A stretch of 64,000 nt of DNA, from NCBI RefSeq assembly GCF_001194135.2, contig NC_068983.1, positions 84,684,010 through 84,748,009 on the forward strand, read 5' to 3'. The notes beneath the pieces are model-generated. The model had not been told where the DNA came from. It saw only the letters and a program-made list of their open reading frames with translations, and made no database searches. Every line of letters begins with the position of its first letter. The stretch's first letter is position 1. This DNA comes from Octopus bimaculoides. Taxonomy: Eukaryota. A program made the position numbers and the translations under genes. Below are positions 12,327 to 27,684 of this stretch, piece by piece.

Positions 12327-12375
12327 CTGTGGCATGTTTTCTAATATTACTAGATCTCACAATTCTTCCAGTCAC
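12327..12375 (+). other. Candidate 49-nt internal exon
   Basis: Acceptor tttttaacttttcAG (12325-12326) with a branch-like TTTAAC, and donor CAC|GTGAGT (12376-12381). Two of three frames are open. Confidence 0.35.
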
Positions 12376-12899
12376 GTGAGTATATTTGCTCAAACTGTAC
12401 GCGTAACACTGTTGTTAATTTGTAAAACATCATTCACCAGCAAAATGCTACCTTAGCGTCTTCAAGTCTCCATTAATGGCAACTATAGAAATGATATCTT
12501 AATGTTGCTATTGCTGTTGTTAGCAGTATGATTTAAAAAGCTGTTTGGTTAGAAGCGACTAAAAAATCACTATCGTTCTGTATTGTATAAAATCATCATT
12601 ACTTTCGTAAAAGAAAATTTGGCGACATTTACAGGGTTAGAAAATTTTCTGTGAATTACGAAAAGTAAACAATTAGTCAAATTAAAGGGTAATTGTTGCG
12701 GTTACTATTGATGATTTTTGAATAGACAAGATGCTTTGCATATTCTGTACGATAGTAATATACTATCGTATTGTACCTAATTTTCTGAAATGCATTAGCA
12801 GAATATATGGTTAGATACCTGTTACTAGGGAGCGAAGCACGTTGTAGCATCTTCTTCCGAAAGAAGTTACTTCTATAGTACAACGCTTACTACACTGTC

Positions 12900-13022
<123 letters not shown>

Positions 13023-14894
13023 TGTTTTGGCAAGATTCAAGACAAATCTTCGCAGTAAAAGAGCACGAAATGCCAGAATGAGTTCCAGTACAAATAATAT
13101 GCTGCGAACCAGAGACACTGTTGCTCGATCTTCTAGTAATAGAAGCCAATCATCCATCAAGCCATATTCTGCGATAGTGTTCGATATATCTAAAGCAAAA
13201 AAGTCAAGAACAAAGCTGGAATACCTTTGATCATCGGATGGCTGGATCAATGTCAACAGGCGACAACATAGTAACAACCACAAAAATCACCTCCACCATC
13301 GCCACCAATATCAGCAACAGAAGAAACTATACGTGATGTTATTTATTCAACGCTGTATATATTAGCAAAATAACTGAAGTGACATAGATGTAACCGGGAA
13401 TTTAAATCAAGATCCTGTTCTTCCACAAGTCACAACCTTCACTTCAATTTCTCACACATTTATTCAGTTACAACGAAAGCAATAACACTACTCGCTCTTA
13501 TTCCTTCCTCACTGAGACGAAGAGCAATGCCCCGAAGCTTTATATTCTTTCTGGAATTTGAACTTATCAAACTCTTTGTATCAACACTCCTATGGGTTAA
13601 TTGTTGCTGATGCAGACCATCATCAGTTTCCTTGGCTTTCCGATTTTGCCCTATTGGTAACTAGCAAGATTCATTTAATAAAAATACTAGAGCCAACTTA
13701 TATTCATTCTTCTCTCACAATGGAGTTGCCCGAGAGATACTCATTGAACTTTCAATGTATTTATACGATTTGTGTGTTTAGTTCCGAATGAACCCTCAAT
13801 GAGTAACCTTATTATCTGGTTTTGATTCCTGATTCCTGTTACAACCATTTCACCTCATCTGTGTCACTAATGCTCTTGAAATAAATCGCCAGAAAATTAT
13901 AAGTACCCCACTTTTCTCCCCTCCATAAATGTTAGATTTTGTGTTTATAAGAATAGAATTTTCAGAGAAGAATTAATCAAGTTAGTTTCCTATAAGCTTC
14001 TCCAGATGCAGTTTCAAGATTCGAACACAGAACTTCAAACCAAATTTCCTCACTTAAATTATACAATAACAGGGGGTTCTTGCAACGGAGTATTTTTTAT
14101 TTAAGCTTTTGTAACTTTAATCGAATTGGGCCACAGAAAGGGTTAAACAAGTTTCTTATTTCGATGTGAGAGTTAAATACATTTAGAGTTATGAATATTT
14201 AGAGACATCAATGACTCAGCCTAGGATCCTTGAAATGTTGCCNNNNNNNNNNNNNNNNNNNNNNNNNNNNNNNNNNNNNNNNNNNNNNNNNNNNNNNNNN
14301 NNNNNNNNNNNNNNNNNNNNNNNNNNNNNNNNNNNNNNNNNNNNNNNNNNNNNNNNNNNNNNNNNNNNNNNNNNNNNNNNNNNNNNNNNNNNNNNNNNNN
14401 NNNNNNNNNNNNNNNNNNNNNNNNNNNNNNNNNNNNNNNNNNNNNNNNNNNNNNNNNNNNNNNNNNNNNNNNNNNNNNNNNNNNNNNNNNNNNNNNNNNN
14501 NNNNNNNNNNNNNNNNNNNNNNNNNNNNNNNNNNNNNNNNNNNNNNNNNNNNNNNNNNNNNNNNNNNNNNNNNNNNNNNNNNNNNNNNNNNNNNNNNNNN
14601 NNNNNNNNNNNNNNNNNNNNNNNNNNNNNNNNNNNNNCCAACACGATATCACTGATGTAACCGTGAAGTATTAGAAATCTTTGAAAATATTCTTCTAAAG
14701 ATTTTATTCTCACATATATTCTTTCCTCTCCTTTGCGTCTATTTTTATCTCGCGAACTTCAAGGGTGTTGGTCGTAATACCTTTTGTAGTTGCGGATGCA
14801 TAACTTGCGACACGTTCCATTTCTCCTCCTTTTCCCACTTCATCCATATTGGGGAAGAAACAATTTTCAAAAACAGGCACACACAACGACAGAA

Positions 14895-14965
14895 ATTCAA
14901 CAATTTAACAATTCAACAATTTAACAATTCAACAATTTAACAATTCAACAATTTAAAAATTTAAC
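14895..14965. repeat. 16-bp minisatellite (aattcaacaatttaac) x~4
   Basis: Visible directly. Confidence 0.92.
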
Positions 14966-15099
14966 TGATCCCGGTTGACACGCGCGGGGAAACCTACAAC
15001 AATATATAATAACAGTGTGTAACAATTTAACTCACGTTCTAAAGAAATCAACACCAACACCCAAGATGGCTTGCTTCTGACTAGTGTTTGATGGTTGCC

Positions 15100-16790
15100 C
15101 TATTTTTATAGGGGGTTGATGGCTCAAATTAGCATATGTTTTGAATAGGATTTGATTAGTAGAGAATAGTCACATGATTAGTCTTAGAAATTTTTGGAGG
15201 TTCCCCGCTACGTCTCTGTGTTAGTATCAAGTGACGATGTTTGGCGTCGTAAGTTAAGGCTGACACGGTTGACTGAACATGTACAAACAATCAATGCTCT
15301 GTTTTCTGTCAAGTGTTTGTAGAGAATGAACACATGATTAGGTTTATAACCTTTTGTATGTTTTCCGCTACGTCTGTGTTAGTTTCCCATAACAGCATAT
15401 TTTGCGCCTAAAAAGAAGGCCGACACGGATGAGTGATCATGTTTATTTACAATCAAGGCACTCCAAATTTAATCTGTCTGGTGGGACAGTGGACAGGAGT
15501 CGTTTGTATTTAGTCCAGTGGCTAAAGTTTAGGTTGTTAACTGTGTAGGTTCCTCATGTTAAGTGGCAGAATGAGTTCGTGTGTGAATAGTTATTTGTGT
15601 CTGTACTCTGTTAAAGCTTGTTAAGTCTTGGTTTGTATTTTCGTATGAAAGTATTTTCTTTGTTTATCCGTGCTTCATCTGTGGTATTCTCTTAACATAG
15701 TTAAAGTGGGAATACTTGGAATTCAGGGGACTTATTTTTTGCACGTGCTTGTGTCCACTCAGTGGAATCTGTCTAGTACTGGGGTCTCGTATTTGTTGTC
15801 GGTGAATGGTCAGTTTATTTCTTAGAGTGAGCTTTGTTTGACCTATGTAATCTTCATTACATCCTTAACATTTTATAGCATATATCTAATTCCTTGAAGA
15901 ACATGGAAGGTGATTTTTACAGTAAAAATATGGCCTGATTAGCTGTTGGTGTAGGAATTGTAGAAGGTAATTTAGCATTTGTGAGGAATTTTTTGAGGTA
16001 CATTGATTGTCTTTTACTTTTGATTATTTTGTATATTTCGAATGCTTGTTTCATTCTTGGGTCTTGTTTTAGTAATGGAATGTTCTGGTAGATAATATTG
16101 TAAACCTTTGTGTTTCTTGGGTTGTGTGTTGTAATAAAGGGTAGAGTATTGGATGTATCTGGAGCGTTTTCCGTAGGTCTTGGATATTTATTGCTTTGGC
16201 ATGTTCTATTCCGTTGTCTATCAACATTAATTGATATTGTCTTTCAAGTAGCACTTGTTTTAGTTCCTGGAGTCTTTTATTGTGAGTTTCAGGGTTTGAG
16301 AAAATTGTGCAGATTCTTCTTGCTAGATTAAAGGGAATATTATTCTTCGTGTGTTTGAGATGGCATGAGAAGTACAGTAGGTATTGTTTAGAATCTGTTT
16401 GTAGTGAATATCTGTTCCAATATTTTTATCTCCTTTGATGATTAGTAAATCCAGGAATGGTAGCTGAGTTTTACTGTATTCCATGGTATAGTTAATATTA
16501 TTGTTTATGCTGTTGATTAGCTTTTTGAAATCTATAAATTGTTCAAATGTGTGTGTCCAAAGGATTTGGCAGTCATCTAAGTAACGTTTCCAGTTTTCTA
16601 GTAGATATTTGTGGAAGTTCAAACCATATTTCAATTTAGATTGTTCATATATCTGGACCTCCATGTATGCCATGACTAGATTTGCGTAAGTCGGAGCAAC
16701 TTTCGTGCCCATCGCAGTACCAGATATTTGTTTGTTAATACTGCCATCGAAGTAAAAAAAGTTGTTTTCGAGGATAAAAGCCACGTTTTT
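15100..16790 (-). mobile_element. Penelope-like retroelement, 5'-truncated: RT plus GIY-YIG endonuclease, frameshifted
   Basis: RT motifs QISGTAMGTKVAPTYANL, WKRYLDDC and LPFLDL (ORF 16323..16784). Downstream IYAIKC*GCNEDYIGQT...LTIHRQQIRDP at about 15760-15880 is a GIY-YIG domain. Confidence 0.93.
15159..15456. repeat. Diverged 160-bp tandem duplication in the 3' region of the Penelope-like element
   Basis: Blocks gtagagaat..cacatgattag, ccgctacgtct..tgtgttagt and aaggc.gacacgg recur 160 bp apart (15159/15319, 15256/15416). Confidence 0.85.
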
Positions 16791-16892
16791 CTATCTCAAC
16801 TTTTTGAAAATCAGTGTAAACTGTGAAACTGGTTAAAGCTTTAAATATATTAATAAAAATATTTTAACTATCCTCAGTGCAGTTTCAACTTC

Positions 16893-17010
<118 letters not shown>

Positions 17011-18169
17011 TAAACAATATATGAGTATATGCATATATATGTACATGTATGTACATACCTTCATCTACATGTACACATAGATACATAACTGGGTACATGA
17101 CGTGGCAAAAGAACATGGACAAAATGATAAACGAGGTACAACAAACAAGCAAGCCACATAGAAACATCTCCTTCATCAGCTGCCACCATTAAAACACCGG
17201 CGTTTCGAAGAATTAAGGCAATATGCAACTACCAATACAATGGTAGGCAGCGTATAGATGCATACAAGTATTCGCGCGCACACGCACACACATACACACA
17301 CAATGACATAAGGGTAAATTTTAAAAAATATATTTGGTTCTTCCAACAAAGCACATAATTTTACCAGATTGATAACCTTGCATACACAAGACTTCTCTTC
17401 AACAATACGCCCAAATCACGTAAGAAAACAAAACCCAAAAGCATATAATTTAACAAAGAAATGAAGGATTTAGCCCCTGTCCCAATGATAGATGATAAAG
17501 TAGAATATTTGGCAACACGTCAAACATGTATCATGTTAAAAGAGCACAGTATTAAGTTCTTAACAGATCCTAAATGTCAGGTTATTTAACCCGCTAAAAG
17601 AGACGTTTATAAGATGAGGATTGATACAGGAAGAAAAGATGGCAGGAAGAAGAAAGAAAAGAGAAAAAGAATGACGAAACGAACATATGTTAAGCGGAGC
17701 AGAGAAAAGGAGAGATTATGTATAAGTGTATATAGAAAAAAGAGGGAAGCATTTGTGAATATTTATAATGCAGTATATATATCTGGTTACGTATCTACAC
17801 ATATGCGTACGCATATGTATATGTGTGAATATCTTAGTTCTATAGAAAATGTCTTAAATTCCTTCGCTCTGTACAGCGTATCTACAGACGTTTACTGAAA
17901 CCAGGTAGACATTCGTATCAATATCACTTTAATAATTCTTTCTCCACGGTACATTGAAAAACACAGACGAACAAACACGCATGAGAGGGAGGGAGAGAGA
18001 GAGAGAAAGAAAGGGAGAAAGAGAGAGGCAGAGATAGATAGATAGATAGATGGAAAGAAAGGGAGAGAGAACCTGTGTAAACATATACGAACTGAACGAA
18101 TAATAGAAAACTATATCATTGATATTTCAAGAATTTCATTTCCCACCATCGATTCAGGAACTCTCACAG

Positions 18170-18965
18170 TCCTTCACTATTATATTATTATTACTAATAG
18201 CTTCATTATTGATGCACGTGATGTGTTTGCATATGCACACAACATCATCGTTACAGAGTCGGGCCAGAAACATCACTGCGCAAAGGGAATACGTGGCAGT
18301 TTCAGGAGGAAATATTTACAAGAAGTCATTGGGCCTTCAACTCGGCACTTGGAGAAGCAGGTTCATGTCCAACGGCGAAGTAGGGCGTTGGGAGAAAGGA
18401 TGTATTAAATTGCTCGGCGTTTGGTTTGTCTAAGTGGACAAGGACTAGGACAATTTACGAGCAGGGTATCCTGTCTCACTCAGAAATGAGCTGAAAAGAA
18501 ACCATCCCTGAAGAGTCTGTCGGAAATTATGAATGCTTACAATGCATCCATCATGTCTTTCTCCACGTCATGGCCGACCAGAAAGGAGCGCATGCTCTTT
18601 CACTTTGTGTGGAGGGGACGTATTCAGCTGATTACACAATCTAATTGCAGGCAACAATCCGTGGTGCATGATGCGTAGCCACGCGCTAAGGCAACACCTC
18701 CAGCGTTTCCTTGACGGTTTGCAAGCATGGTTGCCGTTTGTCAAATGCACATTTCTGTAGCTCATCTCTTTGACAAAGCTGAAGTCCTGGGAGAAGTAGA
18801 GACAGACTGGGCAACTGACATCAAGAATGTCGTCAAGCGCTCAGTCTTCTACCAGTTGGGCAATGCAGTTGGTGAAATTTCCATCATGGCGTCGTATAGG
18901 CGAAGAAGTGTGATGACGTTCCTGGAGAAACGCTGGGCATCGACAAAAATCAACTAGCTGCTTCG
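18170..18965 (+). mobile_element. Degenerate Tx1/L1-clade LINE ORF2 fragment (post-RT region)
   Basis: Reads ...KERMLFHFVWRGRIQLI...MMRSHALRQHLQRFLDG..., like the FLWxGxxxxVxRxxxxxPxxxGGLG segment of L1/Tx1 ORF2; multiple frameshifts. Confidence 0.6.
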
Positions 18966-19080
18966 ATCCTAAGGACTTTATCTCCAGGGCTTATGTATAA
19001 TTTTCAGAAATCCCTGGCCTAGTAGGTTACAGAGGAGCATTGCCGGTTCGAGACAAACTCTGTAAACATTGCAGTGCCGG

Positions 19081-19082
<2 letters not shown>

Positions 19083-19147
<65 letters not shown>

Positions 19148-19705
19148 GAGCGAGAGAGCAGTGCATGCCATCTAAGTGACACTGGGGTATAAATATATGA
19201 AACCCAATTTACCCATCATGACTACCCGTCTGATAAGGATACACCAGGCACATGCATCACAACCGTATGTGCGCGACATGGTGATCTCATATCAAGATAA
19301 ACAGTGCATGGCCTTGCAGGTGGGGACCAGTTAGAATTTTCTTCAGGTTGAGTAGCCCATCCCACTAAAAAGGTCTCTGAATAAGGTTTGTTTAAGGATG
19401 ACGAACGAAACATCCATGCTTCCAGAGGTGAATGATTCAAACTCTAAAGAATTCCTCTCAATACATGGCTATGATGCCCCCTCACTACTTCTGCTCGTGA
19501 TCAGAAATACTCATATCGTCAGCCGCTAAAGGATGTGCTCAACCGGTTAAGCTCAAGCAACTGACAAGCAAATCTGTGGTATTAAGCAGAATATTTACTG
19601 TAGCCCATCTTTTATACCAAGACAAAATATGTACATGATAACACTTCCAATCAGTTAAGATCAGAAGCCATGAGAGCTAGTGCCTGGTACTGCATCAGAG
19701 CACAG
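19083..19705 (-). mobile_element. 3' end of an abundant non-LTR retroelement with a (TAA)n tail
   Basis: The minus strand ends ggcatgcactgctctctcgctc followed by (AAT)n (19083-19148). Clade not determined. Confidence 0.55.
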
Positions 19706-19798
19706 TGCCTGGCTCTCGAAGCATCAACGCTTGTTTTTTTCCGTTCCAATTCACGACTGCATTTCACGCATTCCAAAATGAAAACTCTTTGGAAGTAT

Positions 19799-19865
19799 GG
19801 CGCAGGCTTGGCTGTGTGGTTAAGAAGCTAGTTTTGCAGTCACGTGGCTTCAGGTTCAGTCCTAC
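19799..19865 (+). mobile_element. tRNA-like SINE head fragment
   Basis: ggcgcaggcttggctgtgtggttaag (A-box-like) ... caggttcagtcc (B-box-like). Confidence 0.65.
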
Positions 19866-21759
19866 TGTTTTTACCGATTGTATTTTATTTGCTTGCATAT
19901 TTTAACGACATTTCTCTTTAAAAATGTATACCAAAGGAACCTATCGAACAACCAAAGCAAACATAATTGTATGCAGTGATTATAAAATCATATTGCACTA
20001 CAAAAAATGAACACTTACAACAAAAGAAGAAAAAATGCATATTTAATAGAAAAAGAAAGGAACACAAAGCCTACTCCATCTCTTTTGTTGCATATATAGT
20101 TTTTATACTTGACAAGAGTCAGAGAGAAATAATTAATTAAGACAATGTTTTCCTTGCCCCAAGATTCAGCTATGGTAGCAGCTTTCAATTATCGACGAAA
20201 TATTTAGACAATACACTGCATGAAATTTTGGAAGAAATTGTAACATAACTTTGTGGCATAACCTTTGTAACATAACCTTTGTAGCATAGATTATATTACA
20301 ATTTGTTGCACTTTCAAGAATGAAGACCCAACCAAAACATATTGGCCAAAATCGTTGTACTTCCGCCTATACACTCCAGCACAAAGAATGAAGAAATACA
20401 AGGAACATTGAAACTATGTAGATCCAAGGCTGGTAGTTATTTTTGTATCAGCAGTATATACGGCTTGTTAAAGCAGTGATGTATAGTTAGGTGAGCCCAT
20501 ATGGATTTGCATATCTTAACGAACTTCGAAGGCCATCAGGCAATGTCAGGCTTGTGCCCTGTTGAAAGTGCTGAAACAAAGTGTATGAGATTGATAGTAT
20601 GAAACCTAGTTGCTACATATGTATTACTAAGAGCCATCTGAGAATATTTTATCCCGAAGAACTGGCAAAACTTAGAAAGAAAATGAGAGAGGAAAGTGGT
20701 GGAGCGTAGCCAAGAGAACAAGAAGAAGAGCAAGCCCCAATTTTCAGAGCACGATCAGTTACAGCCCTAGAAATGGAAGGAGAGGTTACCTTGTATTCAG
20801 TCCCGGAAACAAGTGAGCTGATGCAGTGTCTCTTAACACTGCGATAAGCAGCGCCATTCTACCGTTGTGCTGCAAGGAAGAGGCAATAGTTGCCGAGGGA
20901 AGTAACCAAACTATGAAAATCAGAGAAAGAAATCATACACACAAATGTGACTAGCAATGACGGTGTGAACAATGAACTGAGATCCAGCAACATCTAATAA
21001 ACAGAATCCTGTATCTGTGGCGCAAGCGATCTTCTGATGATATAAAAATGACAGAAGTGCAGTTAGGGTTGGAATAAAGATTTGCAATGAACAAGTTGTT
21101 GGCAAAAACAATGCAAATATATTACGGCAAGCTGAAATATTGTTATCTTGAAGACGTGAGTTGCTATTTATTTTAACCAACTCAAAAATTGTTAACAAGT
21201 ATCTTTGGTTGCACGTGACATTTTAAACGGAACATTAACATAAAGCTCACCGGTCTCGGAGGTTGGCAAAGTTTGGATGAAGGGGTGAAAACATTGTCAG
21301 TAGTCTTTCTATAATCTCAAAATATCTTATAATTTTTATTGATGTTCTTTTTTTTCTCCTTGACATTTCACCATTTTGGATGTTATCATCTTAATCATAC
21401 AAATATTAAATTTCATAATTATTTTAATTGTCGTTAGCAATATTAATTTTTCTCCTATCATTCAGAAGTTTATTTTAAACAGTATTTTATTATTTTTCTC
21501 CTTTTTTTCCATGAAAGGTTTTCAAATATTATTGCTTTTATGTTTTATTATTATCATTATTTCTAATTTTGGTATCTATAAATTGGTGTGTATTTCGATT
21601 TTCACTTAATTCTGATCTCAGCTCAGACACGATAAATATAGAAATACTTAAAGTATGCGATAAGCTCATGTCTCTTAAGTAAATGAATACACACTCAACT
21701 TTAATAATATAGTTAGTAAGTCCTTTAATGAACTATAGACATCTTGAATTCCTCTCTAA

Positions 21760-23740
<1,981 letters not shown>

Positions 23741-25432
23741 TTTTGGAAGCTGAGCGATCGTTGTAGCGCCGTTAGTTAGTGCTATATACTTTTCCCATTA
23801 CATAACGCGAAATCTGCTTTGTATCTCACGGGTTCACTTCCCATAATATTAGAACAGTTTTTAACTGATTGTACACATCTCTTTTTTTAAAATGTGACGG
23901 CAACTGTCACTAATATTTTGCTAAAGTTTACTCGTCGGTAAATATTTACTATGAGATATAACTGCAGAATGTCCAGAAGCCACTCCTCAAAGACAAATCT
24001 CCAGCATAAGAGTAGTTGTTATTTCTCGCTTAATACTCAGACGTCTTAGCCACTAGGTATTTTAAACGCAGAACTTTTGAGTTGAGTCACTTATACCTAA
24101 GACTTCTCTAGTGATTGACCCACAGAGTCGGACTCTTGCATTCTTTTTACAGAGAGGGACTTATACCAGTTATCCAAAATCTTACCTATTTGCAGGGAAT
24201 TCTTTAGGAACGTCTCACTGTCCATTTCTCATTGTTTGCTTCGTGTGTATGGGATAATCCCTGTTCCTTCGGCGAGGAAACCATTTGGCGCTGTAACAAC
24301 TTAGTTCTTTGGGATAAATGCGTTGATATGTTTCCGGTAAAACCTTTTAAGGGGCTTGTACGATTTTACTCTATATCAATACATTCTGGTTAATATGCAA
24401 ATCTTTCCTTTCGTTACTGCTCAACGTGGGACTGGGTAACAATATCTGTTATTAAATCGTCCAGATTTGTATAGCTTCCAAAATACAAATATTCGGTGTT
24501 AGTATTTTAGGCGCACTTTTGAAAGTTATTTGCTTGTTGAGAAAGATTTGATAGTTCAAACAGATCAAGCAACTCCGTAAAATCTACCTTTCTGATTTGA
24601 ATCATGATTGCAGTAAATTCTTTGAGTATGAAATATTATTTTTAGCATCAAAGCCATAATGGTACCTAATTCCTGACATTCAACGACACAGCTTTAATAG
24701 CGGTTCGATACATTCTCGTATTCCTTTGAACGCACAATCGTCTTAATGAAAGCGTGTGTATTTTCGTAAATTCGTGTGCAAACAAACATATATTCAAGTT
24801 TTTATAGCAATAAATCGATATTATATTAATAAAAAATAGATGTGTGAACTACTTGGGTAAAATGCTTCAAAGATACAAATAACTACACCATACAATATAG
24901 TAGTAACAAAATGTGTAAACTGCTTCGATATGAATGCAACTATACAATCTAATGTAACTCTTCTGTGAACAAGTAATGAACAGAGTCTGTGTCAGTTTCT
25001 TATATTAAAACTACTGAACCATGAAAAGTCTATTGTGTGAATTAATGAGTAAAGTAAGGAAATGAAATTTACTGAAAAACATAAACAAAATGAAAACAAA
25101 ATATGTTTCAATACAGTATTTATGTTTGATAATAATTTAGTTTCTGCCCTGAAAGTTTATTGTTTGGTAATGTTGATATTATTTTACCAACATTTCATTA
25201 ATTATAGAACTAAGTATATAACATTTATTGCTTCTATAGGTTTCCAAATATTTGTTAAATAACAACATCTATATTACATCTCTATAAAAGCGTCTGGTAT
25301 ATTTTTCTAGTTTTAATCATCACAAGCTATTTATCTAACTTAACAACACAAAACAAATCAATGTTTATTTTCATTAAATATCACATAACTTCATTGTAAC
25401 CACTTGTTTATATTTCTGTTTAACTGTTTCAG

Positions 25433-25575
25433 TGGGTAGTCAACTTGACACAAAGGCAACGGTGTCATTGATGAAGCTTGGAAGCAACAATCATGAATCT
25501 TATGGTTCTGGGAATTATATTTGATGGATCCAATTACGCGTCTACCTCATAATCTTCAGGAGATTTGAAAATAAA
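25433..25575 (+). CDS. Candidate terminal coding exon, phase 1: (V)GSQLDTKATVSLMKLGSNNHESYGSGNYI*
   Basis: Acceptor tttctgtttaactgtttcAG (25431-25432), stop TGA at 25522-25524 and AATAAA at 25570-25575. No homology recognised. Confidence 0.3.
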
Positions 25576-26605
25576 TAGAAATCAGTATGATTAGGCTCAA
25601 AAAACAGAAGAAATAGAAATGAATGTGTTTGACTTCACGGTTGAGGAACAGACAATTTTTGATCGAATCATTAACATATTTTCTTGGCGGTGGGTTACGT
25701 TACATAAACCAGTGTGGTTGAAAGGAACCAATCATATGACATTTGGGAAAAGGGAAAGAAAAACAAGAAAACAATGGCCCATCGGTATTTTCTGCAATAT
25801 ATGCTTTTGGTGAAAGTTTACTTCTGTCCAGGAAACCAGCAGGCTCAGTGTACTATTTGAAAAAGGCAAAGCCAATATGCAATAAGGAACACATATAAAC
25901 TGCTGAAAAGAAAAAGAAAAAAATGGTGACTGGTACATATATATATGTATGTGTGTGTGTGTGTGTGTGTATAGGAGTGGCTGTGAAAGAAGCCCGTCGT
26001 ATATATATATATTTATATATATATNNNNNNNNNNNNNNNNNNNNNNNNNNNNNNNNNNNNNNNNNNNNNNNNNNNNNNNNNNNNNNNNNNNNNNNNNNNN
26101 NNNNNNNNNNNNNNNNNNNNNNNNNNNNNNNNNNNNNNNNNNNNNNNNNNNNNNNNNNNNNNNNNNNNNNNNNNNNNNNNNNNNNNNNNNNNNNNNNNNN
26201 NNNNNNNNNNNNNNNNNNNNNNNNNNNNNNNNNNNNNNNNNNNNNNNNNNNNNNNNNNNNNNNNNNNNNNNNNNNNNNNNNNNNNNNNNNNNNNNNNNNN
26301 NNNNNNNNNNNNNNNNNNNNNNNNNNNNNNNNNNNNNNNNNNNNNNNNNNNNNNNNNNNNNNNNNNNNNNNNNNNNNNNNNNNNNNNNNNNNNNNNNNNN
26401 NNNNNNNNNNNNNNNNNNNNNNNNNNNNNNNNNNNNNNNNNNNNNNNNNNNNNNNNNNNNNNNNNNNNNNNNNNNNNNNNNNNNNNNNNNNNNNNNNNNN
26501 NNNNNNNNNNNNNNNNNNNNNNNNNNNNNNNNNNNNNNNNNNNNNNNNNNNNNNNNNNNNNNNNNNNNNNNNNNNNNNNNNNNNNNNATATATATATATA
26601 TATAC

Positions 26606-26725
26606 CTTGTTTTTCATCCCCCCGGATCGATAAAATAAAGTACCAGTCAAGTATTGGTACTTCATTTTATCGAATAATTTCCTGAAATCAAAATTTTTGG
26701 CCTTGTGCCTAAATCAGAAACCATG
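26606..26725 (+). mobile_element. SINE 3' fragment
   Basis: ttttcatcc...gatcgataaaataaagtaccagt...ttggccttgtgcctaaatcagaaacc. Confidence 0.7.
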
Positions 26726-27684
26726 TACATTTTTCTGAAGAAAGATCTAAGGCTAATTCTTTGTCCTTTTAAGGGATAATTAACCCTCTACCTTGCCGGT
26801 ATTTAAATATTAATTTTACATTTTCTGTTCTGTAATTCGTATGTAACACGCAAAAGAATATGTTTAAAAGGTTGAAGACTGAATTTTCCCTATGTAAACA
26901 ATTGGATAATGTTTCTTCTTATTCAGGATGTTTTTGTGCAGATTTAATAAATTGCCTTCTTAAGAGAAAATGGCTGTCGAAAGCGGTAGTGTGTTGAGAA
27001 CAAATGTAAAATCAGAAAGAGAGTACGAAAACGGTAAATGTTTGGTGAACAGAAAACGTCTCAAAACCTAATATAGACAATATATACATACATTCATAAA
27101 TGCAAAAGCAGTTCTATTTCGATATCAAAATATATATGGTATCTCAAATACGAAAGAAAAAAAAACCAACTTTATCAGAAAATGAAATCTTGTCGAGAGA
27201 TGAAAACCATACAACGAACATGAAAGCAAGTTCAGTTTGTGCAGATCTGAATAATTTAAAATATCAACTTCAAAGAAATTGCCTTTGAGTGATATCCCTT
27301 GACATACCGGATATGTTGTAAACCATCAAATTCCTATGCAGAAACCGTATGACTTACGATCACGCTATGTAACAGAATTTTTGTCTTTCGAAAACAAATG
27401 CCATTTCCTGTTTGGTTAGGTCTAAAAGTATGAATAATGGCTATTATTTACTTCAAACTTTGTTTTTGTGGCCAGAATAAAGACATTTCTTAAGTTTGAT
27501 TAATACCATTGGGAAAACCGGCAAATATGAACATTGCCATTCATTCAAAGTAGGATCCAAACAACCTATAGTTCAAAAGTGGCATCTATTTATTCTAGGA
27601 TTGCAGAAAAGATACCATAAAATATTTAGACACTAGTAGTTTTTCGCGATTTACGCTTATACTGTAAATTACTTTCACGAATAA

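Noticed and set aside
13505-13545. ctgagacgaagagcaatgccccgaagc as a degenerate hammerhead
   Set aside because: Both catalytic motifs (CUGANGA and GAAA) are broken.
20490-21180. GC-richer stretch that may be a retroelement fragment
   Set aside because: I could not find a diagnostic protein motif or termini; left unclassified.
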